A stretch of DNA of 64,000 nucleotides, taken from contig JBBCJC010000003.1 in assembly GCA_037189525.1 (NCBI GenBank), positions 192,001 through 256,000 on the forward strand, written 5' to 3'. This document shows, in pieces, positions 48,333 to 57,060 of the stretch (its first letter is position 1; each line of letters begins with the position of its first letter). Under the pieces are notes generated by a model, which was not told the origin of the DNA, ran no database searches, and worked only from the letters and a program-made list of their open reading frames with translations. The translations under genes were made by a program, and so were the position numbers. Source of the stretch: Gemmatimonadales bacterium. GTDB taxonomy: Bacteria > Gemmatimonadota > Gemmatimonadetes > Gemmatimonadales > GWC2-71-9.

Positions 48333-49255
48333 CGGAGGGTCCTTGCGCCTCGTTGGTCGGGCGCGGTGACGCGAACGGAGGTATCGAACCCGGCGCGTCG
48401 GTAGGCGCGGGTCACCGCGCGGGCCACGCGCAGGGCGGTGGCGTCGTCGGCGGTCAGGGCAAACAGGGTGGGGCCGCTCCCGGAAATGGAGCAGCCGACG
48501 GCGCCGGCGCGGAGTGCCGCTTGCTTGGCATCGCTGAACCCGGGCAGCATCGGCGCCCGGGCCGGTTCGGCAATCCGATCGTCGATGGCCCGTCCGAAGA
48601 GCGCCAGGTCGTTTTGGCATGCGCCGGCCACCATCGCCGCCACCTGGGCCGCCTGATGGAGTGCCGTGGCCCGGGGCAACGTTTTGGGCAGCGCCGTGCG
48701 GCCGCGCTTGGTGGCCATCTCGTAGCCGGGCTTGGCCAGTACGATCCGGAGCCCTCGCGGCACCGGAAGCCGGCAGATGTCGATCGGGTCGAGCGATCGA
48801 ATCAGCACCAGGCCGCCCACCAGCGACGGCGCGATGTTGTCGAGATGCCGCCCCGCCACCGTCGACTCGGCCTCCAGCGCGGCGGCGAGCAGCTCTTCCG
48901 TACCAAGCGGGTTGCCCATCAGGGCATTGGCCGCCACGGCGCCGGCAACGGCCGATGCCGCGCTGCCACCCTGGCCTCCCGACAACGGCAGTCCCTTTTT
49001 CAGGGAGAGCGCGAGACCGATGCGGCCCCGTCGGCCGGCCAGCCGGAGGGCGGCAGCGGCCGCCAGCGCGGTCGCGTGGCGCTCGGGATCGGTGGGAAGG
49101 GCAGGATGGCCGGGATCGCGGATTTCGATGCGGCGGGAAGAGAGCCGCTCGGCATGCACCGTATCGCCGGCGCCGCGAACGGCGAGGCCAAGGATATCGA
49201 GACCGGGACCGACATTGCCGATCGATCCCGGAACGTAGACACGAACCGTCGTCAT
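48329..49255 (-). CDS. thrB: Homoserine kinase
   Basis: PGSIGNVGPGLD, PLSGGQGGSAAS, HLDNIAP and ISGSGPT motifs. Confidence 0.9.
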   Translation of the reverse strand: MTTVRVYVPGSIGNVGPGLDILGLAVRGAGDTVHAERLSSRRIEIRDPGHPALPTDPERHATALAAAAALRLAGRRGRIGLALSLKKGLPLSGGQGGSAASAVAGAVAANALMGNPLGTEELLAAALEAESTVAGRHLDNIAPSLVGGLVLIRSLDPIDICRLPVPRGLRIVLAKPGYEMATKRGRTALPKTLPRATALHQAAQVAAMVAGACQNDLALFGRAIDDRIAEPARAPMLPGFSDAKQAALRAGAVGCSISGSGPTLFALTADDATALRVARAVTRAYRRAGFDTSVRVTAPDQRGARTLR

Positions 49256-49281
49256 GAACCGTCGAAAAATCAGTGGGCCGG

Positions 49282-49310
49282 AGCTTAGCGGCCCGACTCG
49301 GGAAAGTCCA
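49282..49310 (-). promoter_or_regulatory. Sigma-70-type promoter of thrBC
   Basis: TGGACT-N17-TAAGCT on the minus strand. Confidence 0.5.
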
Positions 49311-49419
49311 CTTGTCGCCGCTTCGATTGGTTGGGTAGATTCGGCCCGCTCCGAGCGATCCGACTCGCGACGAGTGCAGTCGCTCGTCTCCCGGGGGATT
49401 TCCACCACAGTGAGGGCCG

Positions 49420-50526
49420 ATGCGGATTGCCGTATTGCGGGAAACCGAACCGCGTGAACGCCGCGTAGCGCTGGTGCCGCAGACCGTGGCACGGCTGGTC
49501 CAGCAGCAGCACGCGGTGACCATCGAGCAGGGCGCCGGTCTCTCGGCCGCCATAGACGACGAACAATATCGGAGTTCGGGGGCCACGGTCGTCGCGACCG
49601 CTACCGATGCGCTGCGCGACGCCGACGTCGTTCTCAAAGTGCAGCCTCCGACCGCCGAGCAGGTCTCGCTCCTTCGGCGCGATGCCGTGCTGATTTCGCT
49701 GATGCAGCCGCACCAGAACGCCGCGCTCCTCGCCGCATTGGCGTCGGCTGGCGTGACGGCGCTCGCGCTAGAACTGGTGCCGCGAACCACCAAAGCCCAA
49801 TCGATGGACGTACTGTCGTCCCAGGCGACGGTGGCAGGCTATCGGGCCGTGCTGACGGGGACCATGCATCTGGGCCGATTCCTTCCGATGCTCACGACCG
49901 CGGCCGGCACCATCACGCCGGCCAAGGTGTTCGTGATCGGCGCCGGCGTCGCGGGGCTCCAGGCCATTGCGACGGCCCGGCGTCTCGGCGCGGTGGTGAC
50001 GGCCTTCGACGTGCGGCCCGCCGTGAAAGAGCAGGTCGAGAGTCTGGGCGCGCGCTTCGTCGAAGCCGGTGCCTCGGCAGAGGGATCCGGCGGGTACGCA
50101 CGGGAACTGTCGGACGACCAGCAGGCTCGGGTTCTTGCGGCCATCGGCGGCCATGTCTCCGACATCGACATGATCGTCACCACCGCGGCCATCCCGGGCA
50201 AACCGGCGCCGGTGCTCCTGACCACGGCCATGCTGGCGACGATGCGGCCGGGCTCGGTGGTCGTCGACGTGGCGGCGGAAACCGGCGGTAACTGCGAGGC
50301 AACCGTCGCCGGCGAGGAGCGGGTCGTCCACGGCGTGACCGTTCTGGGCCCACTCAATCTGGCCAGCGGCTTGCCGTATCATGCCAGCTTCATGCTCAGC
50401 AAGAACTTTCAGGCGCTCCTCGATCACGCGGTGACGGACGGACAGTTCCGCCCGAGCGTCGACGATCCGATCCTGGGGCCGATGTGCGTGACCCATGCCG
50501 GCGCAGTCCGGTTCGGCGTGGCGTAG
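49420..50526 (+). CDS. pntA: NAD(P) transhydrogenase subunit alpha, part 1
   Basis: ERRVALVP, RTTKAQSMDVLSSQ, GAGVAGLQA and GGNCE motifs. Confidence 0.92.
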   Translation: MRIAVLRETEPRERRVALVPQTVARLVQQQHAVTIEQGAGLSAAIDDEQYRSSGATVVATATDALRDADVVLKVQPPTAEQVSLLRRDAVLISLMQPHQNAALLAALASAGVTALALELVPRTTKAQSMDVLSSQATVAGYRAVLTGTMHLGRFLPMLTTAAGTITPAKVFVIGAGVAGLQAIATARRLGAVVTAFDVRPAVKEQVESLGARFVEAGASAEGSGGYARELSDDQQARVLAAIGGHVSDIDMIVTTAAIPGKPAPVLLTTAMLATMRPGSVVVDVAAETGGNCEATVAGEERVVHGVTVLGPLNLASGLPYHASFMLSKNFQALLDHAVTDGQFRPSVDDPILGPMCVTHAGAVRFGVA

Positions 50527-50555
50527 GCCGTTCCGTCCAATTTCCGGAGACCGCA

Positions 50556-50855
50556 ATGAATCTCGACCTCACGGTCATCATGCAGGTGTACGTGTTCGTG
50601 CTCGCGGGATTCGTGGGATACCAGGTCGTCTCCAGGGTGCCCTCGCTGCTCCACACCCCGCTCATGTCCGCCGCCAACGCCATGACGGGCATCTCCCTGG
50701 TCGGGTCCATCGTGGTGGCCGGGATGGATCGCGGTACGCTGAGCAGCGTGCTCGGCGCCATCGCGGTGGCCTGCGCAGCTATCAACGTCGTCGGCGGCTT
50801 CCTGATCACTGATCGGATGCTCAAGATGTTCAAGAGCCCGGATCAGAAATCGTGA
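50556..50855 (+). CDS. NAD(P) transhydrogenase subunit alpha, part 2
   Basis: LHTPLMS and NVVGGFLITDRML motifs. Confidence 0.9.
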   Translation: MNLDLTVIMQVYVFVLAGFVGYQVVSRVPSLLHTPLMSAANAMTGISLVGSIVVAGMDRGTLSSVLGAIAVACAAINVVGGFLITDRMLKMFKSPDQKS

Positions 50856-52282
50856 GCGGGGCCGCTGCCGACGCCGGCTTCCTCGCGCCGGGTGTGCGCG
50901 AAGGTTTGATCCAGGCCTTCTACCTGACCTCGTCGATCCTGTTCATCCTGGGCCTGCGCGGCTTGAGCAGTCCCACCACGGCGCGGCGAGGCATGCACCA
51001 GGCCTCGATCGCGATGCTGCTCGCGGTGGTGGGGACGCTGCTGCATCACGACATCGTCCGGTTCGACTTCATCATCGCCGGCCTGATTGCCGGTTCGTTG
51101 GTCGGCGTCATCATCGGACTCCCGCTGGGCATCAACATTCCGATGACGGCGATGCCGCAGTTCGTCGCCATTTCGCACATGTTCGGCGCCATTGCGGCCA
51201 CCATCGTCGGCCTGACGGAGTATCTGGCGCTCGATGCGCGGCCTTCGGCGCCGGTCATGGTGGCGCTGAGTTTCGAGGTCATTCTCGGCGCGCTGACGGT
51301 GACGGGCAGCTTCATGGCCTTCGGCAAGCTGCAGGAAATCATCACCGGGAAGCCGCTCACCTATCCGGGCCAGAACTTCATCAATCTGTCCCTGTTTGCG
51401 GTCACCATCGGGCTGCTGATCTACCAGCTGGTGGTGCCCGGGCAGCCGGAGCTCTTCCTCCTGATGCTGGGCATCGCGGCGGTGCTCGGCGTCCTGATGG
51501 TGCTGCCGATCGGCGGGGCCGACATGCCGGTCGTGATCTCGCTGCTCAACGCCTATGCCGGCCTCTCGGCGTCGGCGATGGGCTTTGCGCTGGGGAACAA
51601 CCTGCTCATCGTCGTGGGCGCGCTCGACGGCGCCTCGGGCTTCCTGCTGTCGATCCTGATGTGCAAGGCGATGAACCGCTCGTTCACCAACGTCCTCTTC
51701 GGCGCCTTCGGGGGCGCGTCGGCCGCGGCCAAGAAATCAGCCGAAGGGCTCACGATGCGCCAGGTCAACGTCGAGGACGCGGCGATCCAGCTGGCGTACG
51801 CCAAGCAGGTCATCGTGGTACCGGGCTACGGCCTGGCGGTGGCACAGGCGCAGCATCTGATCCGCGAGGTGGCGGAGCTGATCGAGAAGCGGGGCGGGGA
51901 GGTCAAATACGCCATTCACCCCGTGGCCGGCCGGATGCCGGGGCACCTCAATGTCCTGATGGCCGAGGCGAACATCGCCTACGAAAAGCTGTTCGACATG
52001 GAGGATATCAACGGCGAGTTTGCCCGGACCGATGTCTGCCTGGTCATCGGCGCCAACGACGTCGTGAATCCGGCCGCCCGGAGCGACCCCTCCAGTCCGA
52101 TCTACGGGATGCCGATCCTCAATGCCGATCAGGCCAAGTCGGTCATCGTCCTCAAGCGCGGGACGGGCACCGGGTTTGCCGGGATCGAGAACGAGCTCTT
52201 CTTCGATCCCAAGACCGCGATGCTCTTCGGGGACGCCAAAGCCTCGCTCCAGAAACTCATCACGGAACTCAAAGCTGTTTGA
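50852..52282 (+). CDS. pntB: NAD(P) transhydrogenase subunit beta
   Basis: PIGGADMPVV, PGYGLAVAQAQ, HPVAGRMPGH and GANDVVNP motifs. Confidence 0.94.
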   Translation: MSGAAADAGFLAPGVREGLIQAFYLTSSILFILGLRGLSSPTTARRGMHQASIAMLLAVVGTLLHHDIVRFDFIIAGLIAGSLVGVIIGLPLGINIPMTAMPQFVAISHMFGAIAATIVGLTEYLALDARPSAPVMVALSFEVILGALTVTGSFMAFGKLQEIITGKPLTYPGQNFINLSLFAVTIGLLIYQLVVPGQPELFLLMLGIAAVLGVLMVLPIGGADMPVVISLLNAYAGLSASAMGFALGNNLLIVVGALDGASGFLLSILMCKAMNRSFTNVLFGAFGGASAAAKKSAEGLTMRQVNVEDAAIQLAYAKQVIVVPGYGLAVAQAQHLIREVAELIEKRGGEVKYAIHPVAGRMPGHLNVLMAEANIAYEKLFDMEDINGEFARTDVCLVIGANDVVNPAARSDPSSPIYGMPILNADQAKSVIVLKRGTGTGFAGIENELFFDPKTAMLFGDAKASLQKLITELKAV

Positions 52283-52296
52283 AAATCTGACAGATC

Positions 52297-52338
52297 GGGA
52301 GACGTTCGGTGCGGATCCTCCGCGGCCAAACGTCTCCC
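52297..52338 (+). terminator. Hairpin after pntB
   Basis: GGGAGACGTT / AACGTCTCCC stem with inner GCGGA/TCCGC; no clear U-tract. Confidence 0.5.
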
Positions 52339-52477
52339 CTCACGTTGGTTGAGGAGTGCCGGACGGCGTGGTACGGCATACTCCGTTTGGGCGGACAGCG
52401 CCTCTGGGAGTTGATACATGGGTGTTGCAACCCATTATCCCAGGCCGGTTTACGGACATTCCGCGCTTTTTGGGTGC

Positions 52478-52513
52478 TAAGTTGTTGATTTTTTTGAGGT
52501 TAGATTGTATATT
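52478..52513 (+). promoter_or_regulatory. Sigma-70 promoter with overlapping IHF-like site
   Basis: TTGATT(52485)-N17-TATATT(52508). Reverse complement of 52478-52490 is AATCAACAACTTA, matching WATCAANNNNTTR. Confidence 0.55.
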
Positions 52514-52570
52514 GGCGTGCCGACGGCGGGGAACTATTCGGGGTTTCGACGGGTCGGCGGAACATTTCAA

Positions 52571-53476
52571 ATGAGTGGAGGACATGTGACTCTTCCTCGT
52601 GCGAAGCGCAGGGCGGCAAGGCCGGCCCAGATCGCCCGTGCGGTGGACGAGGGCCGTGAGAGCCTCGACCTGTACCTGGATGAAATTTCCCGAGTTCCGC
52701 TGCTCAGTCGAGACGAGGAAATGGACCTCGCTCGCAAAGCGTTCCGGGGAAATATCGCAGCGCAGGAGAAGCTGGCTCGTCATAACGTGCGGTTCGTAGT
52801 CTCGGTGGCCAAGAAGTTCCAGAACCGCGGGGTGCCGCTGGTCGACTTGATCGGCGAGGGCAACCTGGGGCTCATGACGGCGGCCCGGAAGTTCGATCCG
52901 GATCGCGGCGTCAAGTTCATCTCGTACGCGGTGTGGTGGATCCGTCAGGCGGTCCAGGCGGCAATTGCCCGTCATGGTCGGCCGGTGCGGGTACCGCTCA
53001 ACCGGACGGCGGATCTGTCACGGCTCGGTCGCACCACGACGCTCCTCAAGGAGCGGATGGGGCGGATGCCGACGACCGAGGAACTGGCGCGGGCCACCGG
53101 CTTGACGCCGGAAGCGGTGCGGAGCCTGAGCGCGCTCAACTCCGAGGCCGTGCGTCTCGATCATCCCACCCGGGATGGCGACGGCAACGAGCGGATGGAA
53201 CGGTTCGCCGCCACCGATCAAGAGGGCACGGACAGTTCGACCCTGGCCAACAGCCAGACCAACGACATCGAAGCGGCGCTGGCCACGCTGCCGCCGCGCG
53301 ATGCCAAGGTGCTCCGTCTCTATTTCGGGCTCGAGGACGGCAATAGCCGGACCCTCGAAGAGATCGGTCGGATGATGGGTGTCACGCGCGAGCGGATCCG
53401 TCAGCTCCGGGACCGGGCGCTCCAGCGCCTGCGTGAGGGAGAAACGGGCGATCGCCTGAAGGATCTCGTCGCCTGA
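52571..53476 (+). CDS. RNA polymerase sigma-70 factor, RpoD/RpoS-like, lacking region 1.1
   Basis: LYLDEISRVPLL, NVRFVVSVAKKF, DLIGEGNLGL, KFISYAVWWIRQA and TLEEIG-x4-VTRERIRQ motifs; start 52571 or GTG 52586. Confidence 0.9.
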   Translation: MSGGHVTLPRAKRRAARPAQIARAVDEGRESLDLYLDEISRVPLLSRDEEMDLARKAFRGNIAAQEKLARHNVRFVVSVAKKFQNRGVPLVDLIGEGNLGLMTAARKFDPDRGVKFISYAVWWIRQAVQAAIARHGRPVRVPLNRTADLSRLGRTTTLLKERMGRMPTTEELARATGLTPEAVRSLSALNSEAVRLDHPTRDGDGNERMERFAATDQEGTDSSTLANSQTNDIEAALATLPPRDAKVLRLYFGLEDGNSRTLEEIGRMMGVTRERIRQLRDRALQRLREGETGDRLKDLVA

Positions 53477-53498
53477 TCCGCACGAAACCGAACCACTG

Positions 53499-53544
53499 AA
53501 CGAAAGACGCGGGGGAGGCCGAAAGCCTCCCCCGCGTTTCGTTT
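53499..53544. terminator. Bidirectional intrinsic terminator between sigma factor and acnA
   Basis: 13-bp stem ACGCGGGGGAGGC-CGAAA-GCCTCCCCCGCGT with A-rich and T-rich flanks. Confidence 0.85.
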
Positions 53545-53564
53545 ACCCGGGCTGCCGGTCGCGA

Positions 53565-56339
53565 TTACTTCGACAGGAACATCCGCAGCACGCGCGGCAG
53601 GATCCCGCCGTGACGATAGTAGTCGAGCTCGACATTCGAATTGAGCCGCACCACCGCCTCGAACGTCTTGGCGGATCCGTCTTCGGCCGTCGCGGTAACC
53701 CGCACTCGTCCACCCGGGGTCAGCCCGTTGGCGACGCCGGTGATGTCGAAGGTTTCCCGGCCGGTGAGTCCCAGCGATTCCCGGTTCTCGCCGGGGACGT
53801 ACGCCAGCGGTAGCACGCCCATGCCCACCAGGTTGCTGCGATGGATCCGTTCGTAGCTTTCGGCAATCACGGCTTTGACGCCGAGCAGCGTGGTGCCCTT
53901 GGCGGCCCAGTCGCGGCTCGATCCGGTGCCGTATTCCTTGCCGGCGAGCACGACCAGCGGCGTGCCGCGCTCGATGTACCGCATCGCGGCATCGTAGATC
54001 GAGACGACCTCGCCGGTTCCGAAGTCGAGGGTCCAGTTGCCCTCACGGCCCGGCACCAGCGCATTCTTGATCCGGACGTTGCCGAACGTGCCACGCATCA
54101 TGACTTCGTGGTTCCCTCGACGCGCCCCGAAGGTATTCCAGTCTTTGGGATCGACGCCCCGCTCGAGCAGGAAGCGGGCGGCCGGACCGTTCTTCGGAAT
54201 CGAGCCGGCCGGCGAAATGTGGTCGGTGGTCACCGAGTCGCCCAGCGCAGCGAGCACGCGGGCGCCGATCACGTCCTGGTAGGTTCCGGGCGTGGGAGCC
54301 AGGTCCTGGAAGAACGGCGGGTTCTGCACATAGGTCGACTCCGTATCCCAGGCAAAACGGCTGCCGCCGGGCACGGGGAGGTTCTGCCATTCGACGTCGC
54401 CATCGAAGACCGATCCGTAGCTCTTCTCGAAGATCTCCGGGTTGAGCGCCGCCGACATGACGCGGCGGATCTCATCGCTGCTGGGCCAGATGTCGGCGAG
54501 GTAGACGGCCTTGCCGTGCCGGTCCGTGCCCAGCGGTTCGGTCGCCAGGTCGAAGTCGACCCGGCCGACTAGCGCGTACGCGACCACCAGGACCGGCGAG
54601 GCCAGATAGTTGGCGCGCACCAGCGGATGGATCCGGGCCTCGAAGTTCCGGTTGCCCGAGAGCACCGCGGCGCAGACCAGGTTGTGCTTGGCGATGGTGT
54701 CTTCGATCGAACTCGGCAGGGGGCCGCTGTTGCCGATACAGGTGGTGCAGCCGTAGCCCACGGTGTTGAAGCCCAGCTGGTCGAGATAGGTCGTCAGGCC
54801 GGCGTTGTCGAGGTAGTCCGTGACGACGCGCGACCCGGGCGCCATGCTGCTCTTGACCCACGGCTTGGTCGTCAGGCCGCGCTCGACCGCCTTCTTGGCG
54901 AGCAGGCCGGCTCCGACCATGACCGACGGGTTCGAGGTGTTGGTGCAGCTGGTAATTGCGGCGATCACGATGGAGCCGTCGCGGAGCTTGAAGCTCTGGC
55001 CGTCGAGTTCGCAGTCCACTTCGGGCGGCGCCTCGAGCGTGGCGAGCGCGCCCCCTTCGCCTTCCCAGCGAGCGGAGTTGCTGGTCGCGGCTTCCTTCCG
55101 GTCCGGCGCCACCGCGGCCGGCATCAGGTTCGGCAGGCTGACCGCAAAGTTGCGGCGGACATCCGTCAGCTTGACCAAGTCCTGCGGCCGCCGGGGGCCC
55201 GCCACGCTCGGCACGATGGTCGAGAGGTCGAGCGTCAGCGTGGAGGTGAAGGTCGGGTCCGGGGTCCCGTCGGTCCGGAAGAAGCCGTTTTCCTTGCAAT
55301 ACCGCTCCGCCGCCGTCACGACGTCGGCCGGGCGGCCGGTGCGGCGGAGGTACTCGATCGTCTCGTCGTCGACCGGGAAGAAGCCCATCGTGGCCCCGTA
55401 TTCGGGGGCCATGTTGGCAATCGTCGCGCGGTCGGCCAGGCCCAGATTCGACAGGCCGGGGCCGTAGAACTCGACGAATTTGTCGACCACGCCCTGGCTG
55501 CGCAGGATGTTGGTGACGTTGAGGACCAGGTCGGTCGCCGTGGTGCCGACCGGGAGCTCGCCGACCAGCTTCATCCCAACCACTTCCGGGATCAGCATGA
55601 AGTACGGCTGGCCCAGCATTACAGCCTCGGCCTCGATCCCGCCGACTCCCCAGCCCATCACGCCCAGGCCGTTGATCATCGTGGTGTGCGAGTCGGTGCC
55701 GACCAGGCTGTCCGGGTAAGCCGTCAGGGCGCCGTACTGCTCGCGGACCTGCACCAGCGGGGCGAGGTACTCGAGGTTGACTTGGTGGACGATGCCGGTG
55801 CCCGGCGGGACGACCCGGAAGTTCTCGAAAGCCTGCTGCGCGAACTTGAGGAGTTGATAGCGCTCTTTGTTCCGTTCAAATTCCAGCGCCACGTTCTGGC
55901 GGAAGGCCAGCGCCGTGCCGTAGTGATCGACCTGGACCGAATGGTCGATCACCAGGTCGCAGGGCACCACCGGGTTGATCCGGTTGGGATCGCCGCCCAT
56001 CGTGGCCATCGCATCACGCATCGCGGCCAGGTCGACGACGCAGGGCACACCGGTGAAGTCCTGGAGGACCACCCGGGCCGGCATGAAGGGAATCTCTTTG
56101 CCCGCGGCCGGCTGGCCGGTCCATTTCCCAATCTGAAGGACGTGATCTTCCGTGACGATACCCCGGCCCGCATGTCGCAAGGCGTTCTCGATCAGGATCC
56201 GGATCGAGAAGGGGATGCGGTCGAGGTCGATCAGTCCCTGGCGCGCGAGCTCGCCCAGCCGGAAGATGGTCGCCTGACGACCGTCACCGAGATCGAGGCT
56301 GGAACGAGTGCCGAAGGGATTGGGAAGCGAAGCTGTCAT
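53565..56339 (-). CDS. acnA: Aconitate hydratase A
   Basis: LQDFTGVP, IDHSVQVD, GTDSHT, AAITSCTNTSNP, GYGCTTCIGNSG and GSSRDWAAKG motifs. Confidence 0.95.
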   Translation of the reverse strand: MTASLPNPFGTRSSLDLGDGRQATIFRLGELARQGLIDLDRIPFSIRILIENALRHAGRGIVTEDHVLQIGKWTGQPAAGKEIPFMPARVVLQDFTGVPCVVDLAAMRDAMATMGGDPNRINPVVPCDLVIDHSVQVDHYGTALAFRQNVALEFERNKERYQLLKFAQQAFENFRVVPPGTGIVHQVNLEYLAPLVQVREQYGALTAYPDSLVGTDSHTTMINGLGVMGWGVGGIEAEAVMLGQPYFMLIPEVVGMKLVGELPVGTTATDLVLNVTNILRSQGVVDKFVEFYGPGLSNLGLADRATIANMAPEYGATMGFFPVDDETIEYLRRTGRPADVVTAAERYCKENGFFRTDGTPDPTFTSTLTLDLSTIVPSVAGPRRPQDLVKLTDVRRNFAVSLPNLMPAAVAPDRKEAATSNSARWEGEGGALATLEAPPEVDCELDGQSFKLRDGSIVIAAITSCTNTSNPSVMVGAGLLAKKAVERGLTTKPWVKSSMAPGSRVVTDYLDNAGLTTYLDQLGFNTVGYGCTTCIGNSGPLPSSIEDTIAKHNLVCAAVLSGNRNFEARIHPLVRANYLASPVLVVAYALVGRVDFDLATEPLGTDRHGKAVYLADIWPSSDEIRRVMSAALNPEIFEKSYGSVFDGDVEWQNLPVPGGSRFAWDTESTYVQNPPFFQDLAPTPGTYQDVIGARVLAALGDSVTTDHISPAGSIPKNGPAARFLLERGVDPKDWNTFGARRGNHEVMMRGTFGNVRIKNALVPGREGNWTLDFGTGEVVSIYDAAMRYIERGTPLVVLAGKEYGTGSSRDWAAKGTTLLGVKAVIAESYERIHRSNLVGMGVLPLAYVPGENRESLGLTGRETFDITGVANGLTPGGRVRVTATAEDGSAKTFEAVVRLNSNVELDYYRHGGILPRVLRMFLSK

Positions 56340-56422
56340 CGTAGAAACCCGTCAAATTTCGTCGGATATATTGAGTGCCAGTGAGAGTATAAAATAACGG
56401 CTCGGGGGAAGGAACGCCGAAA

Positions 56423-56737
56423 TTGCGTGGCCAGACACCAATCTCGATAACCAGACGTGACGATGCGATTCTCTTCGATTGGGATCGGCACGGCACCCGG
56501 AGCATGTTCGCGTCGCGCGCGCTGCGGCTCGCCTGCCCCTGCGCCGAGTGCGTCGATGAGATGACCAGTCGTCCCCTGTTGGATCCCGCGTCGATTCCTG
56601 CTGATGTCCGGCCGATCCACCTGACCCTCGTCGGGACGTACGGGCTCCGGGTGCACTGGAGCGACGGGCACTCGACCGGCATCTTCACATTCGCGTGGTT
56701 GCAGGCCAACTCCTCACCGATAGCGCCGACTTCATGA
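56423..56737 (+). CDS. DUF971 / GBBH-like N-terminal domain protein
   Basis: LRLACPCAEC, VGTYGL and WSDGHSTGIF motifs; TTG start after GGAAGGA. Confidence 0.85.
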   Translation: MRGQTPISITRRDDAILFDWDRHGTRSMFASRALRLACPCAECVDEMTSRPLLDPASIPADVRPIHLTLVGTYGLRVHWSDGHSTGIFTFAWLQANSSPIAPTS

Positions 56738-57060
56738 TCATAGGGCATCGCTGGTGGATCGTGATTTGGTATGGAATTCTCTTCACCGGCTGTATCGGTC
56801 TGGGCGCCGCCGCCTATTGGGGGCGCCGAACGGCCTGGCAGAATCTCGACGAGATCCTGCGCGCCGCGGGAACGATCCTGGTCTCGATCGGCATGCTGCT
56901 GATTCTGCACGACCTGGACGGTCCTGGCGCCGAGGCGGTGCTGGTGGCGGCGCTGCTGGCGTTCGTGGCGGCGTTCGTCGTCGGCCGCCGCGGCGCCTAC
57001 GAAGTACGCCAGCACCAGGTACGCCAACACCGGGCGCCGGATATCCAGGTCGGCGAATGA
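56734..57060 (+). CDS. Small membrane protein (about 3 TM helices)
   Basis: Three hydrophobic segments; ATGA overlaps at both ends. Confidence 0.7.
   Translation: MIIGHRWWIVIWYGILFTGCIGLGAAAYWGRRTAWQNLDEILRAAGTILVSIGMLLILHDLDGPGAEAVLVAALLAFVAAFVVGRRGAYEVRQHQVRQHRAPDIQVGE

Noticed and set aside
49256..49419. Threonine attenuator (hairpin plus T-run before thrB)
   Set aside because: No Thr/Ile-rich leader peptide; the hairpin overlaps the predicted -10 box.
56340..56422. IscR or CIRCE operator between acnA and DUF971
   Set aside because: Only the ATA...TAT ends or one GAGTGCCA half-site match; no real dyad.
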